64,000 bases of DNA, taken from assembly GCA_963840855.1 (NCBI GenBank), contig CAWJBB010000081.1, positions 1 through 64,000 of the forward strand. Reading direction: 5' to 3'. Positions 30,562-40,160 of this stretch are shown here, one piece after another. Source of the DNA: an uncultured delta proteobacterium (GTDB lineage Bacteria > Desulfobacterota > Binatia > UBA9968). The position numbers were made by a program, and so were the translations under genes. The first letter of the stretch is position 1. The number at the start of each line of letters is the position of its first letter. The notes beneath the pieces are model-generated. The model made no database searches and had not been told where the DNA came from. It saw only the letters and a list, made by a program, of their open reading frames with translations.

Positions 30562-30660
30562 TCATCGGATTACTTTGTCGGCTCTAGCCAGAACATTGGG
30601 AGGAATTGTTAACCCGATCTGCTTCGCCGTCTTGAGATTAATAACGAATTCGAACTTCGG
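30562..30660 (-). pseudogene. 3' tail of a COG2984 SBP gene
   Basis: Minus strand reads [32 protein letters not shown]. Confidence 0.8.
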
Positions 30661-31037
30661 AGAGCTGGGGCGCCACGGGAGCCTGATCAACAAAGAATAC
30701 GGCGCGAGTTTTCGCCCCGGCTTCGTCACGACGGACTTGCCCCTTACCGAGGACAAGCCTCTTGAGTTCGGCGTTCAGGACTTTTGCATGAACTGCAATG
30801 TCTGCCAGCTCAACTGTCCCGGCGACGCCATTCCCCAGGGGTCATGTCATGACGCAAGGTACCAAGCGCTGGTTGATCGATCTGGAGAAGTGTTATCCCT
30901 ACTCCCGCCTGCGCGACGAATACTGCCATCTGTGCGTCGACGTATGTCCCTACAACGTGAAATCTCATCCGGAGACTTACAAAGCATTCATGAAGGAACG
31001 CAAACAAGTCGGCTACAAAACGCCGAAGTCGTGGTAA
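30659..31037 (+). pseudogene. 5'-truncated QueG / reductive-dehalogenase-like 4Fe-4S dicluster gene fragment (one frameshift near 30840)
   Basis: [43 protein letters not shown], then WLIDLEKCYPY...CHLCVDVCPYN. Confidence 0.7.
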
Positions 31038-31044
31038 AAACAAA

Positions 31045-31257
31045 ATGGACAAGCTCTACGTCAATGAAATTCGCCCGGATGGCGACGTGAGCACGGTGGG
31101 TCTGTTCTACTCGCGCGCCGAAGCGGAAAATATCGTCGCCCAACTTCGGAGTATCCCGGAAAAAGCCAGTTGTTTTTATGAGATCAATGAGGCTGTCGGC
31201 GGTTCTCCGTCGACAAATCCGCGTAAACAATCGCGCGGACCTGGATTCGAACGGTGA
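31045..31257 (+). CDS. Hypothetical protein
   Basis: 70-aa ORF 7 nt after the previous stop; no recognised motif. Confidence 0.45.
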   Translation: MDKLYVNEIRPDGDVSTVGLFYSRAEAENIVAQLRSIPEKASCFYEINEAVGGSPSTNPRKQSRGPGFER

Positions 31258-31310
31258 GCCGTCGCAGGTTAGTTTACGCAAGGTAGCGCGGTGATACGTA
31301 AATCGCGGGC

Positions 31311-31895
31311 CTAGGAAATTTTGTTAACCGCCTGAAGCACCTGCTGATTCGTCGGTCTTTTCCTGTAGTCCACCTCGACGAACTTCCAGCGCACGATTCC
31401 CTGTTTGTCGATCACGTAGGTCGCTGGATGCGGCCAACCCTTACCATCAGGGTTAAATAGGCCGTAGCGGTCGATGACCTTGTGGTTCCTGTCTTCGAGA
31501 AACGGAAAGTCGTAGTTTCCGGGGGAACGCTCTTGCAGTTTTTGGATGAACTTTTTTGAGAGATCGTGACTGTCGATGCTAACTGCAAGGATTTCAACCG
31601 TGTCTTTCTCCTTGAGCAAGTCTTTCAGCTCGCCGAGCTGCTGTGCGCAGTAGGGTCACCAGTGGCCACGATAGAATACCAGGACAACGTTTTTCTTGCC
31701 GCGAAAGTCGAACAGTGAAATTCGTCTCCCGGTCATATCCTCCAGCGTGAAATCCGGCGCGGCCTGGTCGACTTTCACGCGCTCCAAATCGGTCGCCGGC
31801 AGGTTGCCGCCGTCTTTGGGTCCCAGCTGGGCAAAGGCGGAGGCGTAAACGACCGAGAAGATAAACAGCAAGGGTAGTACAACCTTGGAATTCAT
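31311..31895 (-). CDS. Exported peroxiredoxin-like (AhpC/TSA, redoxin) selenoprotein with UxxC motif
   Basis: ORFs 31656..31895 and 31311..31619 are in one frame, separated only by TGA: VLVFYRGHW-TGA-PYC-AQQLGEL; signal peptide, APDFTL, PATYVIDKQGIVRW. Confidence 0.88.
31626..31640 (-). promoter_or_regulatory. SECIS-like hairpin
   Basis: CAGCUC-GGC-GAGCUG starting 15 nt 3' of the UGA. Confidence 0.55.
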
Positions 31896-31954
31896 GATTC
31901 CTCCTTTGCTTTGATTAACGGTTTACGCTGTTTTCTAGTTCCCGGTACGGCGGA

Positions 31955-32761
31955 TCACGCTGCGGCTTTTCTGCGTGCGATCACGTAGGAGCGGAACGCG
32001 CGAAGGGCGCCGGAGCGAAAGAGACCGGGCGCCGTGCGCGCGGCGCGCGTTATCAGCGCGAGTGACCACGGCATGACAACTTCAAACTTTTTCCCCGCGA
32101 TCGCGCGGATAACCAGCTGTGATACGGTCTCCGGCTCCAGCATCAGGAAATCGGGCGACTTGGGCTTGCTGTTGGCAAAACCCTTACTAAAACCCGTCCG
32201 CACGGGTCCGGGGCAGATGACCGAGACGTGAATGCCCAGCGGCTTCAACTCATAGTAAAGGCTCTCCGAAAAACCGTTCATGGCGAATTTTGAGGCGCAG
32301 TAACCGGAAAGGTAGGGGGTGCCGATTATCCCAGCCACCGATGAAATATTTACGATATGACCGCCGCCTCGGGCGATCATCGATGGCAGGGCGGCGTGGG
32401 TGCAGTAAACCATGCCGAAATAATTTATGCGCATGATTTCTTCGATGGTGTCGACAGAAGTTTCGGCGAACAGCTTGCGCATGCCGATGCCGGCGTTGTT
32501 GATAAGGATGTCAATCTTGCCGAAGTCGGCGAGGACTTTGGCCACCATCGACTGGACTTCCTGCCGGTTGCCAACGTCACAAGGGATCATTGTCGATGAC
32601 GGACTTGCGCGGCGGACTTCATCCAAGGTCCGATCCAACCGTTCCTGCGAACGGCCGCAGCCAATCACGACCGCGCCTCGTTGGGCAAAATCGAGGGCGA
32701 GGCACCGCCCGATGCCACTCGACGCGCCAGTGATGAGGACGACTTGGTTGGTGGAGTTCAT
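31955..32761 (-). CDS. Short-chain dehydrogenase/reductase
   Basis: TGASSGIG, NNAG, NISS, YCASK. Confidence 0.92.
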   Translation of the reverse strand: MNSTNQVVLITGASSGIGRCLALDFAQRGAVVIGCGRSQERLDRTLDEVRRASPSSTMIPCDVGNRQEVQSMVAKVLADFGKIDILINNAGIGMRKLFAETSVDTIEEIMRINYFGMVYCTHAALPSMIARGGGHIVNISSVAGIIGTPYLSGYCASKFAMNGFSESLYYELKPLGIHVSVICPGPVRTGFSKGFANSKPKSPDFLMLEPETVSQLVIRAIAGKKFEVVMPWSLALITRAARTAPGLFRSGALRAFRSYVIARRKAAA

Positions 32762-32822
32762 ATCGAATTGTATTGCGCATCGCGAACACGGAAATCAACC
32801 AGCTGCGAAATGTAAAACGAAA

Positions 32823-32958
32823 CTAGTGAACCCAACAGTTGGTTCGGGTCTGAGTTCGAAGAACCCTTGAAAGCTCGGGGTGAACGGCTGGCCAAGCCGT
32901 TCATGGTAGGTTTCGAGTCATGAACGGCAAACACTATAGAGCCGTTACAGTTTACTAG
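32823..32958. mobile_element. Degenerate CTAG-bounded MITE-like element with a CCTTGA..GCTCGGGGTGAACGG / CCGTTCATGGT REP-like pair
   Basis: CTAGTGAAC ... GTTTACTAG ends; inner unit resembles those at 3889 and 36572. Confidence 0.45.
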
Positions 32959-33267
32959 AGTGTCCGATTAAGATAGCCAAAAAGTGTGCGGTTTCACCAT
33001 GTCATGAGCAAGACGACTTCAAGGGAATCTTAAACCCGCCAGGACGCGCAAGGATGTCATTTCGACCGGAGGGAGAAGTCGCTTCATAGTATTCCCGTCG
33101 AAACCGGTTGCTGAAACCCCGCTCAGTCGATAACCAGGCAACGGAGGCCTGACACTTGGACCGTGTCGTTGTGCAGAGGCTCTTTAAGCGCGAGATATCT
33201 TTTGCCGATTCGGTAATTCAAAAACAACGCAAATTTCAAAAGTGGTCTGTCTAGGAATCAGCCTCGA

Positions 33268-34944
33268 ATGCCCCAAGAGTTTACGACACAGGAACTGGAA
33301 AGTCTCGCCCCATTTTTCACCAATCTCGATAGCAACGTTTTTGGCCTCAAGCTGCCGCAGGAGGTAGCCGGCGCGTTATTCTCACGTTATAGCCGGTCCG
33401 CGAAAAGTTTGCGCCGGACGTTTCTCGACGAGTTTCTCGGCGATCCTGAGCTCGCGATCAAAGATCTTCTTGGCGCCCAGACTTCGGCCACCGACGACAG
33501 CGCGGCGCTCAAAAAGGCGCGCGCCTTCTATGACCGCGTGCTCGTTGGCTACGGCGACGATTCCGTCGCGCAACTCGGCGGCGCGCATATCGCGTGTGAA
33601 AATATTTCCAACGTCGCCGCAAAGCTTCTCGAAGACGCGCGCATCGGCATCGCGCCGCTGGAAAAGTCAACGCGCTACGTGCGCTTCGATCAGAAAGATG
33701 CCAACGGGGACTATTTATTTTATCGCGAGCCGAAAATCATGGCATCGCGCCACCGCGCTGAGTATCTCCGCGTCATGAATCTGCTCTTCGACACGTACTC
33801 GCGGCAGATGGAGCCGATGCTCGAGAATATCGCGCAGTCATTGCCAATCGAACAATTGGAGGTTAGAGACCCAACAACCGGCAAGGGACTGAGCTATGAC
33901 GAGGCAAAACGAGACGGGCGCCTAAAACGCTGGGCGGAAACTGCCTACCGCGCCACCGTGCGCGCGCACGCCTGCGACGTCCTGCGGAGCTACCTGCCGG
34001 CCGCGACGTTGACCAACCTCGGCATGTATGGCGTCGGCCAGGCGTTCGAATATCTCTTGAGCAAAATGTATTCGCACGAACTGAGCGAAGCGAAAGAACT
34101 AGCCACGGTGATGCACAATGAGCTAAACCAACTCATTCCATCGTTCGTGAAGCGAGCGCAGATGAACGATTATCTGGTCAGCACCGGCGCGTTGGCGAAA
34201 ACTCTGGCGGCCCATGCGCCGCAAACGGCTTTGGCCGCTACAAACGAGTCGGTGATGTTGATCGATTACGATCGCAATGCAGAGGAGAAAATCGTCGCGG
34301 CGATTTTTTATCCCCATGTACGCCATCCGTTGCAGGAGCTGCGGCAAATTGTCGCCCGAATGACCGCGGACGACCGGCGGAAAATTCTCGACGAATATCT
34401 TAGCAAACGGCGCCACCGTCGCGACAAACCAGGGCGGGCGTTCGAAAACGTTTATTACACCTTCGACATCCTGGGAAATCTCGGACTCTACCGCGATCTA
34501 CACCGCCACCGTATCCTGACTCAGGAGCGGCAGGATTTTACAACCGTGCATGGCTACGACACGGCGCCGGAAATTGAAGAAGCAGGGTTCAAGCAGCAAT
34601 TCGACGATTGCATGGCGCAGGTAGCAACGCTCTACGAAAACATTTACCGCGATCTTCCGTGCGAAGCGCAGTATGTTGTCCCCTTCGCCTACAAGGTCCG
34701 CTGGTGCATAAAAATGAACCTGCGGGAAGCGCTCCACATGGTCGAGTTGCGCACCATGCCGCAAGGCCACCCTGATTACCGTTCAATCTGCCAGGAGATC
34801 TGGCGCAAAATTCAGGAAGTTCACCCGGCCCTGGCCGAGTGCGGCAAGTTCATCGACTGGAAGAGCTATCGACTGGGGCGATTGCAGTCGGAGATGCGCA
34901 CGGAGTACAAGAAGTCCGGGTTCGAGAAGGAAGAGAAAAATTGA
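33268..34944 (+). CDS. thyX: FAD-dependent thymidylate synthase, tandem ThyX-domain type
   Basis: ALFSRYSRS, YGDDSVAQLG, LEKSTRYV, YRDLHRHR, ELRTMPQGHPDYR. Confidence 0.85.
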   Translation: MPQEFTTQELESLAPFFTNLDSNVFGLKLPQEVAGALFSRYSRSAKSLRRTFLDEFLGDPELAIKDLLGAQTSATDDSAALKKARAFYDRVLVGYGDDSVAQLGGAHIACENISNVAAKLLEDARIGIAPLEKSTRYVRFDQKDANGDYLFYREPKIMASRHRAEYLRVMNLLFDTYSRQMEPMLENIAQSLPIEQLEVRDPTTGKGLSYDEAKRDGRLKRWAETAYRATVRAHACDVLRSYLPAATLTNLGMYGVGQAFEYLLSKMYSHELSEAKELATVMHNELNQLIPSFVKRAQMNDYLVSTGALAKTLAAHAPQTALAATNESVMLIDYDRNAEEKIVAAIFYPHVRHPLQELRQIVARMTADDRRKILDEYLSKRRHRRDKPGRAFENVYYTFDILGNLGLYRDLHRHRILTQERQDFTTVHGYDTAPEIEEAGFKQQFDDCMAQVATLYENIYRDLPCEAQYVVPFAYKVRWCIKMNLREALHMVELRTMPQGHPDYRSICQEIWRKIQEVHPALAECGKFIDWKSYRLGRLQSEMRTEYKKSGFEKEEKN

Positions 34945-35159
34945 ATAGCTCTATGAGATAGCAAGATTAAAGGACCTAGGCTTTGGTTTGAGGTTGAGAT
35001 TGATCGCATTGCACGCGCAGCGAAGGGATTCAGGAGTTCCGCGCGGCGTGACGTACACCCAGGATTCACAGGCTTCACAACGAAAACATCCGAGAAGGTC
35101 CTCACAGATTTCAGGGTCAGGTCTAGCAACGTAGTACGAGGTTGAATTTCTCCGCTTCT

Positions 35160-35245
35160 TTTGGACTGGTGCAGCGCCTCTTCTTCCGTGTCGCGCAACA
35201 CTGCGCAAAGGCTCGGTGGCAAGTCGCGTCCACGAAAAACTTCAT
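35160..35245 (-). pseudogene. N-terminal remnant of a DUF5615 PIN-like protein
   Basis: MKFFVDA(T), then shifted LPPSLCAVLRDTEEEALH, resembling the family start MKFLxDxxLPPxLxxxL. Confidence 0.4.
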
Positions 35246-35347
35246 ATCAACAAATGTTGATGTGTCAACATGTGGCGACCGATGAGATCGGGTCTAAGTC
35301 GAAAATCGAGCCAGTTGAATTTCTGTGATTGGCAAGATTGTCGGAAA

Positions 35348-36532
35348 CTAACCCCACACCTGCCCCGCGACCTCCACCAGCCGGTCGAATTTACGCCACA
35401 TGTCGTCTTCGCTCATCGCTTTGGAATCGATACCGCCGAAACCGCATTGGGGGCTGATGGCGAGCTGTTCGAGGGGAACGTAACGCGAGGCCTGGTCAAT
35501 GCGGTGTTTGAGATCCTTGGCGGGTTCGATGTCGGAGCTCTTCGTTGTGATAAGGCCCAAGACGATGACTTTGTCCTTTGGGACGAATCGCAAAGGCTCG
35601 AAGCCACCGGCGCGTTCGCTGTCGTATTCCAACAGAATACGATCATGCTTGAGACTGCCGAAGAGTTGTTCGGCGATGGGGTCGTAGTGGCCTTCACGGT
35701 GCCACTGCGGCACGAGCTTGCCCGTGTTCGGGTCAATGGTGCGGGCGTTGCCGCGACAGACGTGAATACCGAAGGTCACACCAGGGAAGCCTTGGATGAG
35801 CGCGTTATCCGCGTCGATGGATCGTGCGAAATTTCTCTTCGGATCTTCGCCACGGGAACGCATTCGATCGAGAGAAACTTGATCGACGTAGGCGGTGTAA
35901 CCCGGCGCGTCGATCTGGATGTATTTGCAGCCGGCGTCAACCAGTTCGGCGATCATTTGTCGCTGAATTGCAACGACATGATCGACGAAGTCGTCAAGAC
36001 CTTTGTAAACCGCTTGCGAAGCTTCCCAGCGAAATCGCTGCGCCACCCGATCGGGGCCGATGAGCGTGGTTTTGACGGGTGCCTTAGCCACGCTCTGGGA
36101 GTAACGAAACTCTTCCAGGGGTACGTTTCTAACTAATTTCAATCGTTCGGCGGCGCCGCGCCGGGTGATGATGGCGGGTCCCGTTTCATCGAAGTTTTGT
36201 TCAGCACGTTCCAGTGGGTTAAGGTTGACCTGTCTCGTTTCATAATAACTAGACGTGTCTTGCGGCACGTCGAAGCCGGCGACGGCTTCTGAAAAACTCT
36301 CTTGGAAGTTGTGACGGCGAAATTCGCCGTCGGTGACGATGTGAAGGCCGCGGGCTTCCTGGCTGGCGATGACGTTTCGGATCGCCTCATCCTGCGCATG
36401 GCGCAATTCTTCCGAGCTGGCTTGTTTTCGATCGAAGCGGGCAAACAGTTCTCTCAACTGAGCCGGACGAACCAGACTGCCGATGTGATCGACGCGGATC
36501 TCGTTTAAGTCATTACTTGCGGCTGATGCCAT
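35348..36532 (-). CDS. Cobalamin-independent methionine synthase II family protein
   Basis: HIGSLVRP, VTDGEFRR, IQIDAP, HVCRGN, LEYDSERAGGF, SPQCGF. Confidence 0.9.
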   Translation of the reverse strand: MASAASNDLNEIRVDHIGSLVRPAQLRELFARFDRKQASSEELRHAQDEAIRNVIASQEARGLHIVTDGEFRRHNFQESFSEAVAGFDVPQDTSSYYETRQVNLNPLERAEQNFDETGPAIITRRGAAERLKLVRNVPLEEFRYSQSVAKAPVKTTLIGPDRVAQRFRWEASQAVYKGLDDFVDHVVAIQRQMIAELVDAGCKYIQIDAPGYTAYVDQVSLDRMRSRGEDPKRNFARSIDADNALIQGFPGVTFGIHVCRGNARTIDPNTGKLVPQWHREGHYDPIAEQLFGSLKHDRILLEYDSERAGGFEPLRFVPKDKVIVLGLITTKSSDIEPAKDLKHRIDQASRYVPLEQLAISPQCGFGGIDSKAMSEDDMWRKFDRLVEVAGQVWG

Positions 36533-36544
36533 GGCTACCTCCAG

Positions 36545-36673
36545 CAGGCTGCTGAAAAACTCCCTCGGAGTCCTTCGACGGGCTCAGGACGAACGGAGGG
36601 GGTTGAAATGATTTAGAAAATTCCGTTCATGCCGAGGCTCTCGAAGCATGAAATACCTTTTTTCAAGAGCCAG
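36545..36673. mobile_element. MITE-like element with IS1182/IS5-like ends and a CCTTCGAC..GCTCAGG REP-like pair
   Basis: CAGGCTGCTGAAAAA ... TTTTTTCAAGAGCCAG; inner CCTTCGACGGGCTCAGGACGAACGG / CCGTTCATGCCGAGGCTCTCGAAG. Confidence 0.6.
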
Positions 36674-36682
36674 GATTCCTCA

Positions 36683-37843
36683 TCACATGAATTGTACAAA
36701 AATCGAATTTGCGACCATCATCCCTTTGTGGGTCAAGCAAAGGAACCCGTTTTTCTCCTCCATGAGCTCGGCTTCAAGCCAATCCGCAATTCGCGGAAAG
36801 TATGCCGCCGGGCTCCGGCCAAACCTGGCGCTGAACAAATCGGTAGATATACCCTCCGTCATGCGCAGACCGAGAAACATAAACTCGCCGGCGGCTTTAA
36901 CCCGGTCGACTTGTTCTCGGTCAACGATGGCTTGGCTCGCTTCATCGACGAGCGCCATGTACCGGCCCGGATTTTTCTCATTACTCCATCTTTGTCCGCT
37001 GACGTCGTCGATGTTCGTACTTTTGTAGCTGTGCGCGCCCGCGCCCAGGCCTAGATAATCACCGCCGCGCCAATAGTTGACGTTGTGACGGGAGTGCCGG
37101 CCCGGTTTAGCGTAGTTTGAGATCTCGTAGCGCTCTAGCCCGGCGCCGCTTAGCTTGTTTTCAATGAGCTCGGCCATGGCGATCTCTTCCTCTTCGCTCA
37201 ACGAACAGAGCCTGCCGGCGCGGTACTCATGGTGGAACGGTGTACCCTCTTCAAAAGTTAGATTATACGCCGATAAGTGCGGCGATTTAAATTCGAGTGC
37301 GGCATCGAGATCAGCCTCTAACTCAGCCAGGGTCTGGCCGGGATTGGCGTAGATCAAATCGAAGCTGAAATTCTCAAAGCCGGCCTTTCTGACCACGCGC
37401 AGCGCCGCCCGGGCATCATCCGCTGAGTGCGTCCGCCCAAGAAATTTGAGCAGGCGCGGCTCGAACGATTGCACGCCGACGCTGATCCGATTGACCCCGG
37501 CTTCCCGGTAACCGAAGAAGTTCTTTTGGTCAACGGTTCCGGGATTGGCTTCTAACGTGATTTCGCAGCTCGGGTCGACGGGGAATAATTCTGCGACTCG
37601 TTTGAGAATTCTATCGATACTTTCGGGCACGAACGTCGACGGCGTGCCGCCGCCGAAAAAGATGCTCTGCGCCGGCCGGCCATGCCAATCGCTCAGCTGG
37701 CCGAAGTGATCCAACTCGCGAAGTAAGGCGTCGGTGTATTGCTTTTCGGGTATATCCGGAACGACGTGCGAGTTGAAATCACAATAGGGACATTTACTGA
37801 TGCAATACGGTATATGGATGTAAAGAGAGAACAGTGCACTCAT
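36683..37843 (-). CDS. hemW: Radical SAM heme chaperone HemW
   Basis: LYIHIPYCISKCPYCDFN, FGGGTPS, EANP, YEISNYA, HNVNYW. Confidence 0.92.
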   Translation of the reverse strand: MSALFSLYIHIPYCISKCPYCDFNSHVVPDIPEKQYTDALLRELDHFGQLSDWHGRPAQSIFFGGGTPSTFVPESIDRILKRVAELFPVDPSCEITLEANPGTVDQKNFFGYREAGVNRISVGVQSFEPRLLKFLGRTHSADDARAALRVVRKAGFENFSFDLIYANPGQTLAELEADLDAALEFKSPHLSAYNLTFEEGTPFHHEYRAGRLCSLSEEEEIAMAELIENKLSGAGLERYEISNYAKPGRHSRHNVNYWRGGDYLGLGAGAHSYKSTNIDDVSGQRWSNEKNPGRYMALVDEASQAIVDREQVDRVKAAGEFMFLGLRMTEGISTDLFSARFGRSPAAYFPRIADWLEAELMEEKNGFLCLTHKGMMVANSIFVQFM

Positions 37844-37970
37844 CTGCCGCCTATCATATTTTCGCCCAGGCTGTTGTGCAACCGGCTGATTTTCTGTTTG
37901 GTCAAGCCGGCCGGGATTGTGTATGTTCGGTTGGCTTGGAATACTCTGCCTTCCGGAAGGACGGTTGACA

Positions 37971-38921
37971 ATGACGACTGATTCAAGCTTCTCCGCAACG
38001 AAGGCCGCCGAGGAGCCGAACCGACGGAGGTTTAGCTTTCACGGTTCAGGCGGTTCCCTTTTCGGCATTCAGATCGTTAACCTGTTTCTGACCCTGGTTA
38101 CACTCGGCATTTATTCATTTTGGGGCCGGGTAAAAGTGCGTAAATACATGATGAGTCAAAGCGACTTCGAAGGCGACCGTTTTGCCTATCATGGCACCGG
38201 CAAAGAATTACTGATCGGCTGGCTAAAAGCAATCATCATCGTCGGCGTGCCCATCGTCGCTTTGATGCTGCTTTCAGCGGGGGCGCTGGTTTATGTCGTC
38301 TTTGCCGTATTCATGCCGGTGGCGGTGGTCAACGCGCGGCGCTACCGCTTAAGCCGCACATCCTGGCGCGGCATTCGTTTCTCTTTCCGCGGCGAGGTCA
38401 TGGACTTTTTCAAGATTTCCATTAAGGGTTGGCTGCTTACGGCGGTCACCTTGGGTATCGCCTATCCGATCTGGCAAAACTGGCGGCAGGAATTTCTGGT
38501 ATCCCATGCTTATTTCGGCAACCGGCGATTTGAATACGACGGCAGCGGCAAGGATCTATTGTGGAGTTATGTTCTGAATATTCTTCTGTCGCTGCCGACA
38601 TTCGGCATCTGCTGGGTTTGGTACTGGGCGCGGGTACAGCGCTATTATTCGGAGCACACGCGGTTCGGCGGCGGAAATTTCCGATCGACGGTAACCGGCG
38701 GTGGACTCTTTGGACTGATGTTCGGCAATTTACTCTTGCTCATTATTACCCTGGGCCTCGCCTGGTCCTGGGTTCTCGTGCGCAATGCGCGGTTTTTCCT
38801 CGGGCATCTCTATTTGGACGGGCCGCTGGAGACGGCGGAAATCATGCAAGAGGCTCAAGCCGCCGACGCCACGGGAGACGTGCTCTCGGGGTTTTTTGAT
38901 CTGGATTTTGATCTCGGTTGA
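37971..38921 (+). CDS. DUF898 / YjgN family membrane protein
   Basis: FHGSGGSLF, LTLVTLGIYSFWGRVK, YHGTGKEL, SRTSWRGIRF. Confidence 0.9.
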   Translation: MTTDSSFSATKAAEEPNRRRFSFHGSGGSLFGIQIVNLFLTLVTLGIYSFWGRVKVRKYMMSQSDFEGDRFAYHGTGKELLIGWLKAIIIVGVPIVALMLLSAGALVYVVFAVFMPVAVVNARRYRLSRTSWRGIRFSFRGEVMDFFKISIKGWLLTAVTLGIAYPIWQNWRQEFLVSHAYFGNRRFEYDGSGKDLLWSYVLNILLSLPTFGICWVWYWARVQRYYSEHTRFGGGNFRSTVTGGGLFGLMFGNLLLLIITLGLAWSWVLVRNARFFLGHLYLDGPLETAEIMQEAQAADATGDVLSGFFDLDFDLG

Positions 38922-38938
38922 GCTCTTAGGACAACGCC

Positions 38939-40069
38939 ATGCAGCTTGAATGGCAAGCTTTTTACCTGGACGGCAAGACCGCCCTCCGGCGCGCCGCAAC
39001 CGTGCAACTGCAGCCGTCGGCTCTGCGTATCGTGATCGACGGCGGGGATACTGTCTACTGGCCTTATGAATCCATCGAGCAGACGCAGGGCTCCTATACA
39101 GGTGAACAGGTAAGGCTCGAACGCGGCGCGGAGTTTCCCGAGATTCTGCTCCTGTCCGATCACGGTTTTCTTGCCGCTTTGCATCAATTTGCGCCGGCGC
39201 GCGCCGGGCGCTTCCACAATCCGGCTCGCCGGCAGGCCAGGATTCGGGCGACGATACTGGCCGGCGTCGTTTCCGTAATCCTGGTGGTGCTGGCGTATCT
39301 TTACGGTATTCCTGCGCTTGCTACGGCGGTCACGCCTTGGGTGCCGATTGCGTGGGAAGAATCGCTCGGTGCTCTGGCGGTGGATCATTTGGCAGCGCCC
39401 GAGTCTCGCTGCGCCGATCCAGCGCGGCAACAGATTCTCAACGACTTGATCGCCCGATTGAGCGCGGCTGTGCCGAAGTCGCCCTACAAGATTCGCGTGC
39501 TTGTGGTCGACAATCCGATGATGAATGCGCTTGCCGCGCCTGGTGGCTATATTGTCGTCTTTCGTGGCCTGATCGATGCAGCGCGAACTCCGGAAGAACT
39601 GGCCGGAGTGTTGGCCCATGAACTGCAGCACGTGTTACGACGCCACTCGACGCGGCTGTTGCTACAGCATGTCTCGACCGGACTGTTGATGGCCGCACTG
39701 TTTGGTGACGCGAGTGGTCTGGCGTCCTTTGGCCTTGACGCGGCTCAGAATTTGGCGCTGCTGCGCTACAGCCGAAGTCACGAAACCGAAGCGGATGAAG
39801 AGGGGCTGCGAACTCTCATCGCCGCTGGGATCGATCCTAACGGGATGGTCTCGTTTTTTGAAACGCTGCAGCAAAAAGAAGGCAGGGAACCTCGTTATCT
39901 CGCCTATCTTTCCAGCCATCCGAACACGCTAGAGCGCATCGATCGCCTTAAATCCCTGATCGCCCAAACGCCATCCACCCGAACCAAGCTGCTCGCCCCG
40001 GAGACATTGACCGAGCTTAAGATGATCTGTCCAGTGCTTCCGGGCAAAGAGAAACCTCCCACAAACTAA
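38939..40069 (+). CDS. M48 family metallopeptidase
   Basis: NALAAPGG, LAHELQH, YSRSHETEAD, SHP; the usual partner of DUF898. Confidence 0.9.
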   Translation: MQLEWQAFYLDGKTALRRAATVQLQPSALRIVIDGGDTVYWPYESIEQTQGSYTGEQVRLERGAEFPEILLLSDHGFLAALHQFAPARAGRFHNPARRQARIRATILAGVVSVILVVLAYLYGIPALATAVTPWVPIAWEESLGALAVDHLAAPESRCADPARQQILNDLIARLSAAVPKSPYKIRVLVVDNPMMNALAAPGGYIVVFRGLIDAARTPEELAGVLAHELQHVLRRHSTRLLLQHVSTGLLMAALFGDASGLASFGLDAAQNLALLRYSRSHETEADEEGLRTLIAAGIDPNGMVSFFETLQQKEGREPRYLAYLSSHPNTLERIDRLKSLIAQTPSTRTKLLAPETLTELKMICPVLPGKEKPPTN

Positions 40070-40160
40070 ATATTTGGCTGCGGGTGGGAGAAATACGTCG
40101 AATTGAATTGGCCTCGGGCGGCTGTTATATTCCGTGCGAGAACTACGCACGAGGCTCAGC

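Noticed and set aside
30659-31037. Functional reductive dehalogenase
   Set aside because: Only the C-terminal Fe-S part is present, with no start, Tat signal or rdhB; QueG-like is equally plausible.
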